Shown here piece after piece: positions 9,822 through 19,271 of a stretch of DNA of 44,342 nt. Within the stretch, counting starts at the first letter, position 1; the number at the start of each line of letters is the position of its first letter. The notes under the pieces are model-generated. The model saw only the letters and a list, made by a program, of their open reading frames with translations, did not search any database and was not told where the DNA came from. The stretch is from an uncultured Pirellulales bacterium (GTDB lineage: Bacteria > Planctomycetota > Phycisphaerae > Sedimentisphaerales > Anaerobacaceae): the NCBI GenBank assembly GCA_964395535.1, contig CAYNDE010000001.1:1-44342 (forward strand), given 5' to 3'. The position numbers and the translations under genes were made by a program.

Positions 9822-11129
9822 ATGAAAAGTTCAGCAATAATTATTTTTATCTCGATGTTTTGCACTCTTGTTTTTGCTGATGAGCAGGTTTATCGGCTGG
9901 ATAATACCGTTGTAACATACGAAGGTATTGAGCAGATATACGCCGAGGCAATAGGCAAAACCGCCCATGCGGCCAGAGCAATAGCGGCCGAGAAATTCGG
10001 TTTCGATATGCCGCAGACAATAAAAGTGAATATCAATTGCGACCCAAAACAACGGGTCAGATTATTCACCGACGGCCAGGACATGATGTACCTTACCATT
10101 CGCAGAGAAAGCGATTTGAAAAAGCCGCAGGAGAGCGGGATATTTCATATCTATGGGATTTGTCACGAGACAGGCCATCTGGCGATGTACCGTATTATCA
10201 TAGACCATAGCTGGATGAGCTCAGACGCAGCGGAGGGCTGGGCACATTATCTCGGCTCGAGGATAGTTGATGGTGTCTATGAAAAACATAAAGGCGAGCT
10301 CTGGCCCGACAAATATGATTACTTGGCCGACGGAACAGCGAGACTTAATAATCAGCTTGCCGACGCGAATGCGGCCGGGATAGTAAAAGGAGCAGGATTG
10401 TGGAAGGACCTTGCAGAAATAGTGGGTGACAAAGGTATTGTGGAAATTTTCAAGGCGTGGTCAAAAGCAGAAATCGACCCGGCAGACCCGGGAGCTGCGC
10501 TGCGAAAGGCACTATTGGAAACAAAAGAAGATGAGCGTCTGAACATCTGGTGGAATAGTGCCGAACCGATGCTGGTTTTCAAGAGGCCGTCAAGTGAATT
10601 CAAAACCAAAACAGCAAAACGCAATGAGCTGGCACAGGAGCCGATGGATTTATTTTTTGACGACGGCAGACAGGCAAGCAAAAGTTCAATAGCAGGCAGC
10701 GGCCACGCGGTAAAATTCAATATTCCGGGAAGCGACTGGTATCTGACATCGGTACAAATTTACGGCTCCCGATATGGTTACCCCCAGGCGCCAAAGGAAG
10801 ATTTTCATATATGGCTGTGTGATAAGGACTTCAAAACAATAGCAGATTTCCCCCAGCCGTATGCAAAATTCAACAGAGGCAATCCCAAGTGGGTAAACCT
10901 GCCGGTAGAGCCTACAAATGTTCCAACAGAATTTGTTATTTGTGTCGGATTTAATCCTACGGGTACAAAAGGCGTCTATGTCGGCTACGATGCCGAAGGC
11001 AGCGGTAATTCATTCACGGCTTTGCCCGGCGGGGAATTTAACAGCTTCAGCGAGGGTGACTGGCTAATCAGAGTGAAAGTGGACCAGCTTAAAGGCTCTG
11101 ACGCACTGAAATCATACGATAAGAAATAA
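9822..11129 (+). CDS. Secreted HExxH protein, MA-clan (Peptidase_MA_2-like) putative metallopeptidase with an uncharacterised C-terminal domain
   Basis: Signal peptide MKSSAIIIFISMFCTLVFA/DE. YGICHETGHLAMY...SSDAAEGWAHYLGS fits the HExxH ... W..EG.A.Y gluzincin pattern. The short intergenic gaps on both sides (36 and 38 bp) imply the same operon. Confidence 0.5.
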   Translation: MKSSAIIIFISMFCTLVFADEQVYRLDNTVVTYEGIEQIYAEAIGKTAHAARAIAAEKFGFDMPQTIKVNINCDPKQRVRLFTDGQDMMYLTIRRESDLKKPQESGIFHIYGICHETGHLAMYRIIIDHSWMSSDAAEGWAHYLGSRIVDGVYEKHKGELWPDKYDYLADGTARLNNQLADANAAGIVKGAGLWKDLAEIVGDKGIVEIFKAWSKAEIDPADPGAALRKALLETKEDERLNIWWNSAEPMLVFKRPSSEFKTKTAKRNELAQEPMDLFFDDGRQASKSSIAGSGHAVKFNIPGSDWYLTSVQIYGSRYGYPQAPKEDFHIWLCDKDFKTIADFPQPYAKFNRGNPKWVNLPVEPTNVPTEFVICVGFNPTGTKGVYVGYDAEGSGNSFTALPGGEFNSFSEGDWLIRVKVDQLKGSDALKSYDKK

Positions 11130-11167
11130 GTAAAGAACAATAACGATAATTGTAAGGAGAATAGATT

Positions 11168-12355
11168 ATGAAGGTTAAAAAGAAAATATTAACAATGATA
11201 TTGATTTGTCTTGTGCTCGGCGGCGTCGCACAGGCGAGGATTAAGTTAGTGGCGCTTCCCGAGCGGGCGGCGACGGTCATTCGCCTGGACAATCCGCAGG
11301 CAACACTGATAGAAGAAGAGAGAGTGCTGACGCTGCAGAAAGGAATAAATAAAGTAGATTTTTCCTGGAAGGCGGTGAGCATCGATGCCGATTCCATTCG
11401 GCTTGCCGTGCTTGACCATCCTGATAAGGTCAAACTTTTGAATGTGAGCTATCCGCCGAATGAAGCTGCGCTCGTATGGGAGATAAGCAGCGACAGTGAC
11501 TATGCCGAGCGAGTTAGGATAAGCTATCTGTTAATGAACATAGACAGGCTGATAACCTACAAGGCGATCGCAGACAAGGCTGAAACCGGTATCGATTTGA
11601 AAAGCTTTTTAGTGCTGCGGAACTTCTCAGGTGAGGATTTCGATATGGCCAAAATCCTGCTCGATTACGGCGAGGCCTTCGAGCGAGGCTTGCAGCACGA
11701 GGAAACAAAACAGCTGCTGTTTTTCGAGGCGGCAAGGGTTCCTGTTACAAAGGTATGGACATTCGATGCCGCCAAACTGCCGTGGGACCCGCAACAGCTT
11801 GAGAACCAGAATGTCGGTATTCCAGTAAGCTACCGGATATTAAACGATAAAAAGAGCGGACTGGGTGAGTTCGCACTATGGGGCGGCAAGGCAAGAATCT
11901 TCCAGGACGACGGACACGAAAGCACAATCTTTCTTGGTGAAGATGTTACAGGATTAGTGCCAGTCGGTGAAAAGACAGAGCTGTATATAGGTGACAGCAG
12001 GGATATCGTGGTTACGCAGCGAAAGATGAAAGAGCAGCAGATAAATATTAAAAGGAACAACAGTAACAACATCATACTCTACGACACCGATGAGGAGATT
12101 GTCGCGAAGATTGAAAACTTCAAGGACAGCCCCGCTGTTCTGACCGTGATAGAGCATATACCGGGACAGTGGGATATGGAAAAATGCAGTCCGGATGATT
12201 ACGTAAAAAAGGACGCCAACACGCTTGAGTTCGAGATTAAGCTGCCTGCCAGAGGCAAAGACGGCCCTGCAGTAAAAGAGATTAAGATGCAATATCAACG
12301 CAGGAATATCAGGCCCGGCGTGCAGATTCCGGATGTGCAGTTTTACGGCAGATAA
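11168..12355 (+). CDS. Secreted DUF4139/DUF4140-like protein, a distant paralog of the anti-sigma sensor domain
   Basis: Signal peptide ILICLVLGGVAQA/R. The N-terminal RIKLVALPERAATVIRLDNPQATLIEEERVLTLQKGINKVDFSW aligns by eye with the VTLP...TIYNSA...LTLK.G.N.LQFSW block of the other two copies. AAGGAG RBS. Confidence 0.5.
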   Translation: MKVKKKILTMILICLVLGGVAQARIKLVALPERAATVIRLDNPQATLIEEERVLTLQKGINKVDFSWKAVSIDADSIRLAVLDHPDKVKLLNVSYPPNEAALVWEISSDSDYAERVRISYLLMNIDRLITYKAIADKAETGIDLKSFLVLRNFSGEDFDMAKILLDYGEAFERGLQHEETKQLLFFEAARVPVTKVWTFDAAKLPWDPQQLENQNVGIPVSYRILNDKKSGLGEFALWGGKARIFQDDGHESTIFLGEDVTGLVPVGEKTELYIGDSRDIVVTQRKMKEQQINIKRNNSNNIILYDTDEEIVAKIENFKDSPAVLTVIEHIPGQWDMEKCSPDDYVKKDANTLEFEIKLPARGKDGPAVKEIKMQYQRRNIRPGVQIPDVQFYGR

Positions 12356-12387
12356 GAATGCGAAAATAAATTTTAGGAGAGATAAAA

Positions 12388-13734
12388 ATGAAACGCATAT
12401 TCATTTTATTAATAATCGCTGCAGTGGGCTGTGCTGCTTACGGCAAGGTTGATTTGGTGACACTTCCCGGCAGGGATACTGTCCAATTGACTATCTACAA
12501 TTCCGCGGATATGACGCTGGTGCGTGAAAGCAGAGCTTTGACACTTAAGGAAGGAGCCAACAAGCTGCAGTTCTCATGGGCGAATACGCTGATTGACCCT
12601 ACCAGCCTGGAGATGCTTCCGAAGGCAAATGCCGACAGAATCGATATTGCGGATTTGACCTTTCCGCCGAGAGTTACCAATCTGGGATTGTGGAACATTA
12701 AAAGCGATATCAACGGCAAGGTACCGGTTGAGATTACATATCTGACCTCAGGACTAACCTGGCGGGCGTTCTATATGGGGACATTAACCGAAGATGAGAA
12801 AACAATGCGGCTGCAGGGCTACGTGCGGGTAACAAATAACAGCGGCGAGGATTACGAGAACGCTCAGACCCGGCTGATAGTGGGCAAGGTGCATATACTC
12901 GACGAAATTGCAGAGCTTGCCAGGCGGCAGTGGCCCTACGGCCGGCCCGGAGAAATGCTCCGTGAACTCGGAGTTGAGGAGGCGAGAAGAGCAAGGGTCC
13001 AATTTGACAAAGCTGCAGGTGAAGTTATACTCTTAGGAGCACTACCGAAGGAAATGAAGGAAATCAAGAAAGAGGGATTGAGTGAGTATTTTCTTTATAC
13101 GATTGAGGGAACCGAGACCATTGAGACCGGCTGGTCGAAAAGGCTGATTAGCTTCGACGTCGACGAGGTGCCGGTTGTCAATCTTTATAAATTCGAGCAG
13201 GAGCGTTACGGCGATTCTGTCATGCGGTTTTTAAGTTTCGCAAACGATGAAAAGCACAAATTAGGCGACACGCCGATACCGGGCGGGATGCTGAAGGTTT
13301 ACCGCAGCGTCGATGCGGCAGGCCATCTTTCATATACAGGCCAATCTGCTTTTAAGTATATACCAGTTGATGAAGAAGTTGAGCTGAATCTCGGCGCTGT
13401 TGCGGATGTTGTCGTCGAGCCGAAACTGACGGACTTCAAAACAGAAAATTATGAATTTGAAAGTCCGGGCAGAAATATTTCCGGCTGGGACGAGGTTCGC
13501 ACTTATACTATCGAAGTACGCAACACGCGAGACATACCAGTTAAGGTCGAGATTAAGCGAAACTTTCCGACACAATACTGGGACATCTCGAAAAAAGGCG
13601 ATTTTGACAGGTTCGAGAAAGAAGATTTGGATACCGTCAAGTTTACCGTCGAGCTAAAGCCGGAAACGAAAAAGACATTCGAGTATACAGTAAGGACATA
13701 TCACGGCTCAAGAGAGCAGGACTGGGAACAGTGA
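12388..13734 (+). CDS. Secreted (possibly lipoprotein) DUF4139/DUF4140-like protein, a close paralog of the anti-sigma extracytoplasmic domain
   Basis: Signal sequence MKRIFILLIIAAVGCAAYG. Long stretches are identical to the 7959-9785 product (WRAFYMGTLTEDEKTMRL.GYVRVTNNSGEDYENAQTRLIVG; RNTRDIPVKVEIKRNF). AGGAGAG RBS. Confidence 0.6.
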   Translation: MKRIFILLIIAAVGCAAYGKVDLVTLPGRDTVQLTIYNSADMTLVRESRALTLKEGANKLQFSWANTLIDPTSLEMLPKANADRIDIADLTFPPRVTNLGLWNIKSDINGKVPVEITYLTSGLTWRAFYMGTLTEDEKTMRLQGYVRVTNNSGEDYENAQTRLIVGKVHILDEIAELARRQWPYGRPGEMLRELGVEEARRARVQFDKAAGEVILLGALPKEMKEIKKEGLSEYFLYTIEGTETIETGWSKRLISFDVDEVPVVNLYKFEQERYGDSVMRFLSFANDEKHKLGDTPIPGGMLKVYRSVDAAGHLSYTGQSAFKYIPVDEEVELNLGAVADVVVEPKLTDFKTENYEFESPGRNISGWDEVRTYTIEVRNTRDIPVKVEIKRNFPTQYWDISKKGDFDRFEKEDLDTVKFTVELKPETKKTFEYTVRTYHGSREQDWEQ

Positions 13735-13822
13735 GTGCGCCGGTGAAATAATAAATTTGTAACGATTTGAAGGCAAATTTGTCTTCAGCGTCCTATATTA
13801 TTGCTGGTTTAAGCAGCCTCAT

Positions 13823-13858
13823 TGCGAGCTTGAAAAAATTTTTCAATCTCGCATTTTT
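13823..13858 (+). terminator. Rho-independent terminator of the ECF operon
   Basis: TGCGAGCTTGAAAAA / TTTTTCAATCTCGCA forms a 13-bp stem with one mismatch, followed by TTTTT (13854-13858), about 90 nt after the stop at 13734. Confidence 0.6.
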
Positions 13859-14206
13859 CGTTCGGTTTCTGTTAGGGTTTTTCAGCGAGTTTTGCCGATA
13901 CAAGTATTTGCAGAAGTGATTGGCAATCTCAAATTCGGTCGAAAGGTTTTCCGATGAGGCGGTACGAAGAAGATTTTGGTGATATTCCTTTATGCAGGTT
14001 CGGCCCGGGCGGTGATTTTGTCAGCTACTGGCCAAAGGGCAGCGGCGAGAGCTACCCGGAACCTTACGAAAATAAACTGACAAAAATCATAGAACGTTTA
14101 AGCCAAATCATTTCGGGCGTCATTCAAAGCCGGCCGGATGTACAGGTAACTTTTGCCGATGCAGAGGCGACCATTTTGCAAAAAACGCACGATGAAAGGA
14201 CGATAA

Positions 14207-14863
14207 TTGCAAAAAATACAGTCAAAAAACAATCTCACTCCACGACAAATCCAGCTTCTCTGTCTGATAAAAAAGTTTCAGGACAACAACTTTTATTTGC
14301 CGACGATTGGGGAGCTGGCGAGCGAGCTGGGCATAAGCCGAAGCACAACGTTCGAACACATCGAAGAGCTTCGAAAAAAAGGGTATCTTTCAAATGGCAC
14401 AGGCAGAGCTCGCTCTTTGGAGCTGAGCTTAAAAGCGCATAAGCTGCCCGCTCTTTCAGCACAGGAAAAGTCAAATCTATCAATCCAGAAAACGGAAGGT
14501 ATCTCTCTTGCAGGCAGGGTCGCTGCGGGACTGCCAATTGAGGCAATTGAAAATAAAGAAAGTTTGTCACTCAAGAGCTGTTTCGGAAACACAGAGGAAA
14601 TATTCGCACTCGAAGTGCAGGGTGACAGTATGACAGGCGACGGGATATCCGACGGCGACTATGTGATTTGCCGCAAGAGTAGTACTGCCGACGATGGACA
14701 GCTTGTAGTAGCAATAGTTGACGGAGAAAATGCTACACTCAAAAGATTCTATAAGGAAACAAACAAAGCCAGGCTACAACCATCCAACGACGAGTATCAG
14801 CCAATTTACTCAGAGAACTGCCGTATTGAAGCCGTGGTAATAGGGCTTATAAGAAAATTGTGA
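14207..14863 (+). CDS. lexA: LexA repressor (SOS regulator, S24 autopeptidase)
   Basis: N-terminal winged HTH LTPRQIQLLCLIKKFQDNNFYLPTIGELASELGISRSTTFEHIEELRKKGYL. Cleavage-site context GRVAAGLPIEA. Catalytic VQGDSMTG and ATLKRF. The start is TTG, immediately preceded by an in-frame TAA, with AAAGGA 8 nt upstream. Confidence 0.9.
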   Translation: MQKIQSKNNLTPRQIQLLCLIKKFQDNNFYLPTIGELASELGISRSTTFEHIEELRKKGYLSNGTGRARSLELSLKAHKLPALSAQEKSNLSIQKTEGISLAGRVAAGLPIEAIENKESLSLKSCFGNTEEIFALEVQGDSMTGDGISDGDYVICRKSSTADDGQLVVAIVDGENATLKRFYKETNKARLQPSNDEYQPIYSENCRIEAVVIGLIRKL

Positions 14864-14902
14864 TTTTCCTGAAAACACAATGACAAGTAACAAAAAAGCT
14901 GC

Positions 14903-15814
14903 TCAGGATGCATAATGCTGCCCAGAAATCGACCCGGATTCGCTGAGCATTTTTAACCACTCTCTCCAGGCCTTTTTGTAAATTTCACTCGATACCAAAA
15001 AACCGTCGTTATGGCTGCCGTAAATTTCGACGAATTTTTTCGGCTCATTGGCTACCCTGTACAATTCCCTGCCGAACTCGAAAGGCACGAGGTCATCGGT
15101 GCTGCTGTGAACTACCATAACGAGACAATTAACTTTTTTTAAAGAATCGACTGTCTGGTAGCCGAACCTTGCGAACCATCTTACGGGCATATATGGATAG
15201 AATTTTTTACCGATATCTACATAAGAGGTAAAAGTACTTTCAACGACAAGGGCTTTAGACCTGACAGAGGCTGCGAGATTCGCAGCGATGGCACCTCCCA
15301 GGGACCTGCCGAAGATGATGATGTTGTCAGGGGATATTTTTTTATCATTAGTGAGCCAGTGATATGCAGCCTGTGCATCAAGATACGTTCCCTGTTCCGT
15401 GGGTGTTCCCTGACTGTTTCCGTAGCCTCGATAATCAAAGATAAAACAATTAAGGCCCAGCTCATACAAGATATTTATGGTATCAAGCCGGTGCATAATA
15501 TTGCCGCCATTACCGTGACAGAACAGCACTGTAGTTTTTGCATTCTGCGCAGGAATGAACCACGCAGAAAGGGCCAACCCGTCAGAGGTAATAAATTCGA
15601 CCTCCTCGTAATCCAAATCCAGCTCTTCGGGTGTATAAAGGACCTGCCTGACAGGTTTATATAACAAGGCAGGCTGCATAAAATAGAGCGACCAGCCCAA
15701 GACAGAATATACGGCGACGAGGACCACAATAATTTGAATAAAAATAAGCATAAATCTACACCCTTTACCTTGAGGCTGCATTTTATCGCTGGAATCAAAC
15801 ATCAAAGACAACAA
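14903..15814 (-). CDS. Alpha/beta-fold serine hydrolase with an N-terminal membrane anchor
   Basis: HGNGGN oxyanion motif, nucleophile elbow GRSLGG, and downstream acid/His motifs (SSTDDLVP, GSHNDG). Hydrophobic segment MLIFIQIIVVLVAVYSVLGW. The track start is TTG; internal ATGs (M5, M12, M22) are alternative starts. Confidence 0.8.
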   Translation of the reverse strand: MLSLMFDSSDKMQPQGKGCRFMLIFIQIIVVLVAVYSVLGWSLYFMQPALLYKPVRQVLYTPEELDLDYEEVEFITSDGLALSAWFIPAQNAKTTVLFCHGNGGNIMHRLDTINILYELGLNCFIFDYRGYGNSQGTPTEQGTYLDAQAAYHWLTNDKKISPDNIIIFGRSLGGAIAANLAASVRSKALVVESTFTSYVDIGKKFYPYMPVRWFARFGYQTVDSLKKVNCLVMVVHSSTDDLVPFEFGRELYRVANEPKKFVEIYGSHNDGFLVSSEIYKKAWREWLKMLSESGSISGQHYAS

Positions 15815-15943
15815 GCTCGTATAAATAATATTGTATTTTAATTTCCCCGAAGAAATATGACAAGAGACAATTTTATATAACGAAAAAGCTCAAACTATCC
15901 GATTAAAAGATAAATTTACCACAAATTTTAAGGAAATAACTAT

Positions 15944-16870
15944 ATGGTACCGGAGTTTGAGAAGTTTCTGGCGATTGACACAAAAAGTGAATGTGAAAAA
16001 ATTGAACGCTATATACAAGAGCTTTTTAAGAGTAAGGGTACCAACTGTATTTTAATCGGCCTTAGCGGTGGCCTCGATTCAGCAGTACTTGCAGCTTTGG
16101 CGGTCAGGGCGGTCGGCGCTGATAAGGTCTATGCATATCATCTTTACGACCGGGACAGCTCAAAAGATTCAAAGGCCAACGCTAAACTCATATCCGAATG
16201 GCTCGGTATCAAATTGAGGTATGAGGACATAACGCCTGCGATGCAAAAGAGGAAAATTTACTCTCCATTGATTATGAGGGCACTGGGTTTTTCAGCTTAT
16301 TTAAATTCGATGTTCAATCGACTTATTCCACGAGGAGATGCATTTTTGTTTACTTTATCACGCGGCAGCGCTACGGTCAGCAAAGTCAAAAGATTTCTAT
16401 ACAACCGAACTGTCCGCCAAATCGAAAATGCATTCAACGCTCGCCATATATACAGGCGTCAGTTTCTGGAGGAAAAATCAAAGCAGGAGAACTGCCTGAT
16501 TTTAGGGGCGGCGAACCGCTCTGAGTTTTTGACCGGCTGGTTCGTCAAAGGCGGAATAGACGATTTACCCTATTCACCGATTTTAGGCTTGTATAAGACG
16601 CAGGTTTTTGAGCTCGCAAGATACCTTGGGCTGCCGAGGCAAATACAATTACGGATACCATCGCCCGATATGGCAAAAGGCTTGACAGATGAAGATTCTA
16701 TAGGCATAAAATACCATACTCTTGATATCATACTGCACTTTATTGAAAACGGTACCTCAGATGAAGAAATAATATCAAGAGGCATTCGGAAAAGAGATTT
16801 AAGGCTTGTGCGAGCCTTGAATAGTCTTTCCGAGTGGAAGAGGAAGCCTGAAAATACGCTGCCTGCTTAA
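15944..16870 (+). CDS. nadE: NAD+ synthetase-like PP-loop ATP pyrophosphatase
   Basis: PP-loop LIGLSGGLDSAVLAALA. NadE-like C-terminal pattern ANRSEFLTGWFVKGGIDDLPYSPILGLYKTQVFELARYLGLP...PSPDM...DEDSIGIKYHTLDIIL. Diverged from canonical GY.TKYGD. Confidence 0.6.
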   Translation: MVPEFEKFLAIDTKSECEKIERYIQELFKSKGTNCILIGLSGGLDSAVLAALAVRAVGADKVYAYHLYDRDSSKDSKANAKLISEWLGIKLRYEDITPAMQKRKIYSPLIMRALGFSAYLNSMFNRLIPRGDAFLFTLSRGSATVSKVKRFLYNRTVRQIENAFNARHIYRRQFLEEKSKQENCLILGAANRSEFLTGWFVKGGIDDLPYSPILGLYKTQVFELARYLGLPRQIQLRIPSPDMAKGLTDEDSIGIKYHTLDIILHFIENGTSDEEIISRGIRKRDLRLVRALNSLSEWKRKPENTLPA

Positions 16871-16884
16871 GTAAAAGAAAAAAA

Positions 16885-17943
16885 ATGATAAAAAGAAGAA
16901 AGACAAAAACAGTCAGCGTGGGGACCGTAAAGATTGGTTCTTCACAGCCGATAGTGATTCAGTCAATGACAAAGGTTTCGACGACTGATATAGAGCAATG
17001 CGTAAATCAAATAAAAGCCCTCGCCAAAGCCGGCGCCAGGCTTGTTCGGCTCGCAGTTCCGAGACGTGCTGATACCGCAGCATTCGAGAAGATTGTGCAA
17101 AGAGTAAAAATTCCTTTAATAGCAGATGTACATTTCAGCGTTGAAAGAGCTATTGAGGCGATTGAGGCCGGAGCTGCAAAAGTACGGCTTAATCCGGGCA
17201 ACATAAAAAGCCGGGACGGTATAAACCGAATAATAGATTCAGCCAAGATGCACAAAACAGCGATACGAATAGGTGTTAATGAGGCGAGCATCAGGGATTT
17301 GAGAAAGCCTGACGTTAAGGAAACAAAACGAGCAGCTTTGATATTAACGGAAATGAAAAGATATGTCAGGCTGTTCGAAAAGCGCTGCTTCGAGCAATTA
17401 GTATTGAGTGCTAAAAGCAGGGATTGTTTAAGAACAATAGAAATCAACCGCCGAATTGCCAAGAGCTATGATTATCCTATGCATATCGGCCTGACCCATT
17501 CGGGATTGCTCCAAGATTCGCAAATACCTTCGGCTGTAGCTATAGGGACACTATTAACAGAGGGTATTGGTGACACTATAAGAGTAAGTGCGGCAGGCGA
17601 CCCCGTTAAGGAAGTTGAGATTGCAAAAAACATCCTCAGCTCTGTCGGTTTGTACAAGGATTCAAAGCCTGAACTAATAGTATGCCCGACATGCGGCAGA
17701 GCTGAAATTGACGTAATCAAATTAGCTGGTAAGGTCAAGAAAATCGCCTCAAAATACAACAAACCGGTGCGTATAGCTGTTATGGGCTGTATAGTCAACG
17801 GCCCGGGCGAGGCGGCAGATGCCGATTTAGCCGTATGCGGGGGTAAGGAAAAAGGTTATATCTATCGTCACGGCCGAAAGATAGCTACAGCAAGTGAAGG
17901 CAAGCTTATAGCTGTATTAGAAAAAGAACTTCAGAAGCTATAA
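16885..17943 (+). CDS. ispG: 4-hydroxy-3-methylbut-2-en-1-yl diphosphate synthase (MEP pathway)
   Basis: VKIGSSQPIVIQSMT, RLNPGNI, and the Fe-S ligand motifs CPTCGR and GCIVNGPGEA. Confidence 0.93.
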   Translation: MIKRRKTKTVSVGTVKIGSSQPIVIQSMTKVSTTDIEQCVNQIKALAKAGARLVRLAVPRRADTAAFEKIVQRVKIPLIADVHFSVERAIEAIEAGAAKVRLNPGNIKSRDGINRIIDSAKMHKTAIRIGVNEASIRDLRKPDVKETKRAALILTEMKRYVRLFEKRCFEQLVLSAKSRDCLRTIEINRRIAKSYDYPMHIGLTHSGLLQDSQIPSAVAIGTLLTEGIGDTIRVSAAGDPVKEVEIAKNILSSVGLYKDSKPELIVCPTCGRAEIDVIKLAGKVKKIASKYNKPVRIAVMGCIVNGPGEAADADLAVCGGKEKGYIYRHGRKIATASEGKLIAVLEKELQKL

Positions 17944-17958
17944 GACTCAAACAAATCG

Positions 17959-19071
17959 TCAGCTCTTATTGCCTCCTGAAGAGCTTATGGTGTTTCGCCT
18001 ATTAAATGGAACATGCTGCTTATCATCGGCTTTACTTTTAATAAAGTCTTCGAATTTTCCGAAAATCATTTTTCCGGCAGAAGTTTGTAATGAGCTTGTG
18101 ACTGCGATGAGTAATTCCCTGCCGATTTTATCTCGCGCGCCTTCGACAACAATCATAGTGCCGTCATCAAGATAACCGATTCCCTGCTCCGCTTCTTCAC
18201 CGGCTTTTATGATTTTCACTTCCATAGTTTCGCCGGGCAGGACAACTGCCTTTAGTGAATTGGCGAGGTCATTTATGTTAACGACATCGACCTCGCGAAC
18301 TTGGGCAACCTTGCTCAGGTTATAATCTGTGGTAGCCAGACGGCCGTTACAATTTTTCGTAAACACAACCAGCTTTTGGTCAACGCCCTTGACATCCTCA
18401 AGGTCGGGGACAGGCGTATCATCAATTTCCACATCAATAGACGTGCTCTCCTGCATTCTTTTAATAATATCAAGACCTCTTCTCCCACGATTTCTTTTGA
18501 GCTTGTCGGGCGAATCGGCGATTAACTGTAACTCATTGAGCACAAACCGTGGTATTACCAGAGGAGCGTCAAACAATTTGCTCTGGCAGAGGTCGGCAAT
18601 CCTTCCATCAATAACAGCAGAGGTATCAAGAACCAGCGGGCGTGCACCTTTTGTCTGCTTTGCAAATTCTACGTAAGGGATAACAAAGCGGACATCATCC
18701 TTTGTTCTAATAACGACACTTATAACAAGATAACAGATACAAATACCTATCATCCATTTGATTGAAGCGACCGCCTCTTTTTCCAATCCAATGCCATACG
18801 AATCATTTATCATATTTACAAGAGGCGCTAAAACAGCGCTGAAGAGTAAACCAACCAGCAAACCAAAAAACACACCTGCCAAAGCACTAAGTTTTTTCTT
18901 CGGGGTAAAGACATCAAGGACAAAAACAAATAAGCCCATGCCGAGGCCGCTCCAAACAACAGCCCAGAAATTAATGGTCTCTTTTGTAGTGATGGCCTTG
19001 GACTGAGCAGAAAAGAATAAAACACCCAAAATTATAATAATAAAGATAGTTCTGAACAGCCAAAGTAACAT
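17959..19071 (-). CDS. Integral-membrane PIN plus TRAM domain protein (YacL-like architecture)
   Basis: About four N-terminal hydrophobic helices. PIN-like LVLDTSAVIDGRI ... LATTDYNL. C-terminal TRAM-like GETMEVKIIKAGEEAEQGIGYLDDGTMIVVEGA. GGAGG RBS 9 nt upstream of the ATG. Confidence 0.75.
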   Translation of the reverse strand: MLLWLFRTIFIIIILGVLFFSAQSKAITTKETINFWAVVWSGLGMGLFVFVLDVFTPKKKLSALAGVFFGLLVGLLFSAVLAPLVNMINDSYGIGLEKEAVASIKWMIGICICYLVISVVIRTKDDVRFVIPYVEFAKQTKGARPLVLDTSAVIDGRIADLCQSKLFDAPLVIPRFVLNELQLIADSPDKLKRNRGRRGLDIIKRMQESTSIDVEIDDTPVPDLEDVKGVDQKLVVFTKNCNGRLATTDYNLSKVAQVREVDVVNINDLANSLKAVVLPGETMEVKIIKAGEEAEQGIGYLDDGTMIVVEGARDKIGRELLIAVTSSLQTSAGKMIFGKFEDFIKSKADDKQHVPFNRRNTISSSGGNKS

Positions 19072-19271
19072 AGTTATGGACCTCCCAAAAATATAATTAT
19101 AATAAAGATATTAACGATTCCCGTGTCCGAAGCCAACGGAGGCCAACGACACATCGAAACAATATACATCCCTTCTATGCAAAATGTTCAAAAACAGCAC
19201 TACTATATATTCGGCTAAAAAGTGCCGAATTAGTTAAACCATCCTGTTATCTTTTTAAGCAATTATGCAAA

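Noticed and set aside
8500-13734. Diversity-generating retroelement (template/variable repeat) as an explanation for the two similar genes
   Set aside because: There is no reverse transcriptase gene. The differences are spread over all four bases and are largely synonymous, not adenine-specific. The similarity spans whole genes rather than a TR/VR pair of about 100 bp.
13954-14442. The full 162-aa ORF overlapping lexA taken as a real gene
   Set aside because: The last 236 nt overlap the conserved LexA HTH region in another frame. Only the upstream 250 nt are worth a look, and those are reported as a low-interest finding.
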